DNA from: Octopus sinensis
Taxonomy: Eukaryota
Direction of reading: 5' to 3'
Assembly (NCBI RefSeq): GCF_006345805.1
Contig: NC_043002.1
Coordinates: 109,740,001 to 109,804,000, forward strand
Length of the DNA stretch: 64,000 nucleotides
In this document: piece by piece, positions 63,387-64,000 of the stretch
How the letters are laid out: each line of letters opens with the position of its first letter
Position numbering within the stretch: position 1 is the stretch's first letter
Notes under the pieces: generated by a model
Database searches by the model: none
Told to the model about the DNA's origin: nothing
The model's input: the letters and a program-made list of their open reading frames with translations, nothing else
Translations under genes and position numbers: made by a program

Positions 63387-64000
63387 CTCACCGAACATTT
63401 CTGAAATCTAAGTATATGTTCTATAATGCTCCTCAGACTTTCCCTTGGATTCCTCCGTAGCTTGAATAACAGAATAAATTATTTACAATTTACAATTTAC
63501 CGGAATCACCGTTGATAAGAATCTTAAATGGAACAAAATATTGAACCTTCAGGCAAAATATCCGGTGCTTTTGACAACTTATCTCACGCAGAAAATAATT
63601 TTTCTATACATAAGTCTACTAAACAAATATCCGTGTTTTATTAGTTGCTATGTAAACTATATTTTGTGGAGGTCATCCTAGAAAAATCGAAAGCTTACAA
63701 AGAAAAGCGCCGAGATTAGTTTTAAACCAGAAAATATCCAGCTCTGGACAAATCGTGTTTTAAAGCTGTCAGGCATGTATACACACTTGTATAAATCAAA
63801 ATATACAATAACTTTGTCTTGGCAGTTTGCCTAAAATTTCGTTAGCGCCGGAGTTATTAAAAAACAGTGATAAGAGCCAATACAATAAGTCATGTATACG
63901 TAATGGAAACCACGTTGATATGTCTCATGTAAACAATCTTTCAAGCGTTACTCCTAAGATGAGAGCATTTAGAGAAAACATTCCTTTAGTTCTCAATAAA

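Overview
Eukaryotic, AT-rich, microsatellite-dense, essentially non-coding DNA. The repeat complement (three abundant tRNA-derived SINE families, non-autonomous Helitrons, Penelope-like elements, R4/Dong LINEs) suggests a coleoid cephalopod, probably Octopus; this is inferred, not verified. I found no intact host protein-coding gene, and nearly all ORFs in the track are translations of simple repeats. Supported content: a MULE with 9-bp TSD and decayed transposase (2369-4644); an RT-deleted R4/Dong LINE plus two more RLE relics; a Naiad-type Penelope-like element (RT + GIY-YIG, frameshifted); Tc1, mariner and DD37D/maT relics; hAT, RTE and Tx1 fragments; five Helitrons; a long-TIR element; about 40 SINE copies; a near-full-length U6 snRNA copy abutting a SINE; several palindromes; and several hammerhead-ribozyme motifs. 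The most striking observation is three related copies (51256-51318, 53195-53257, 53447-53510) containing all hammerhead core elements with compensatory base changes, but in a strand order that matches none of the type I/II/III permutations. This is a structural prediction and is untested.
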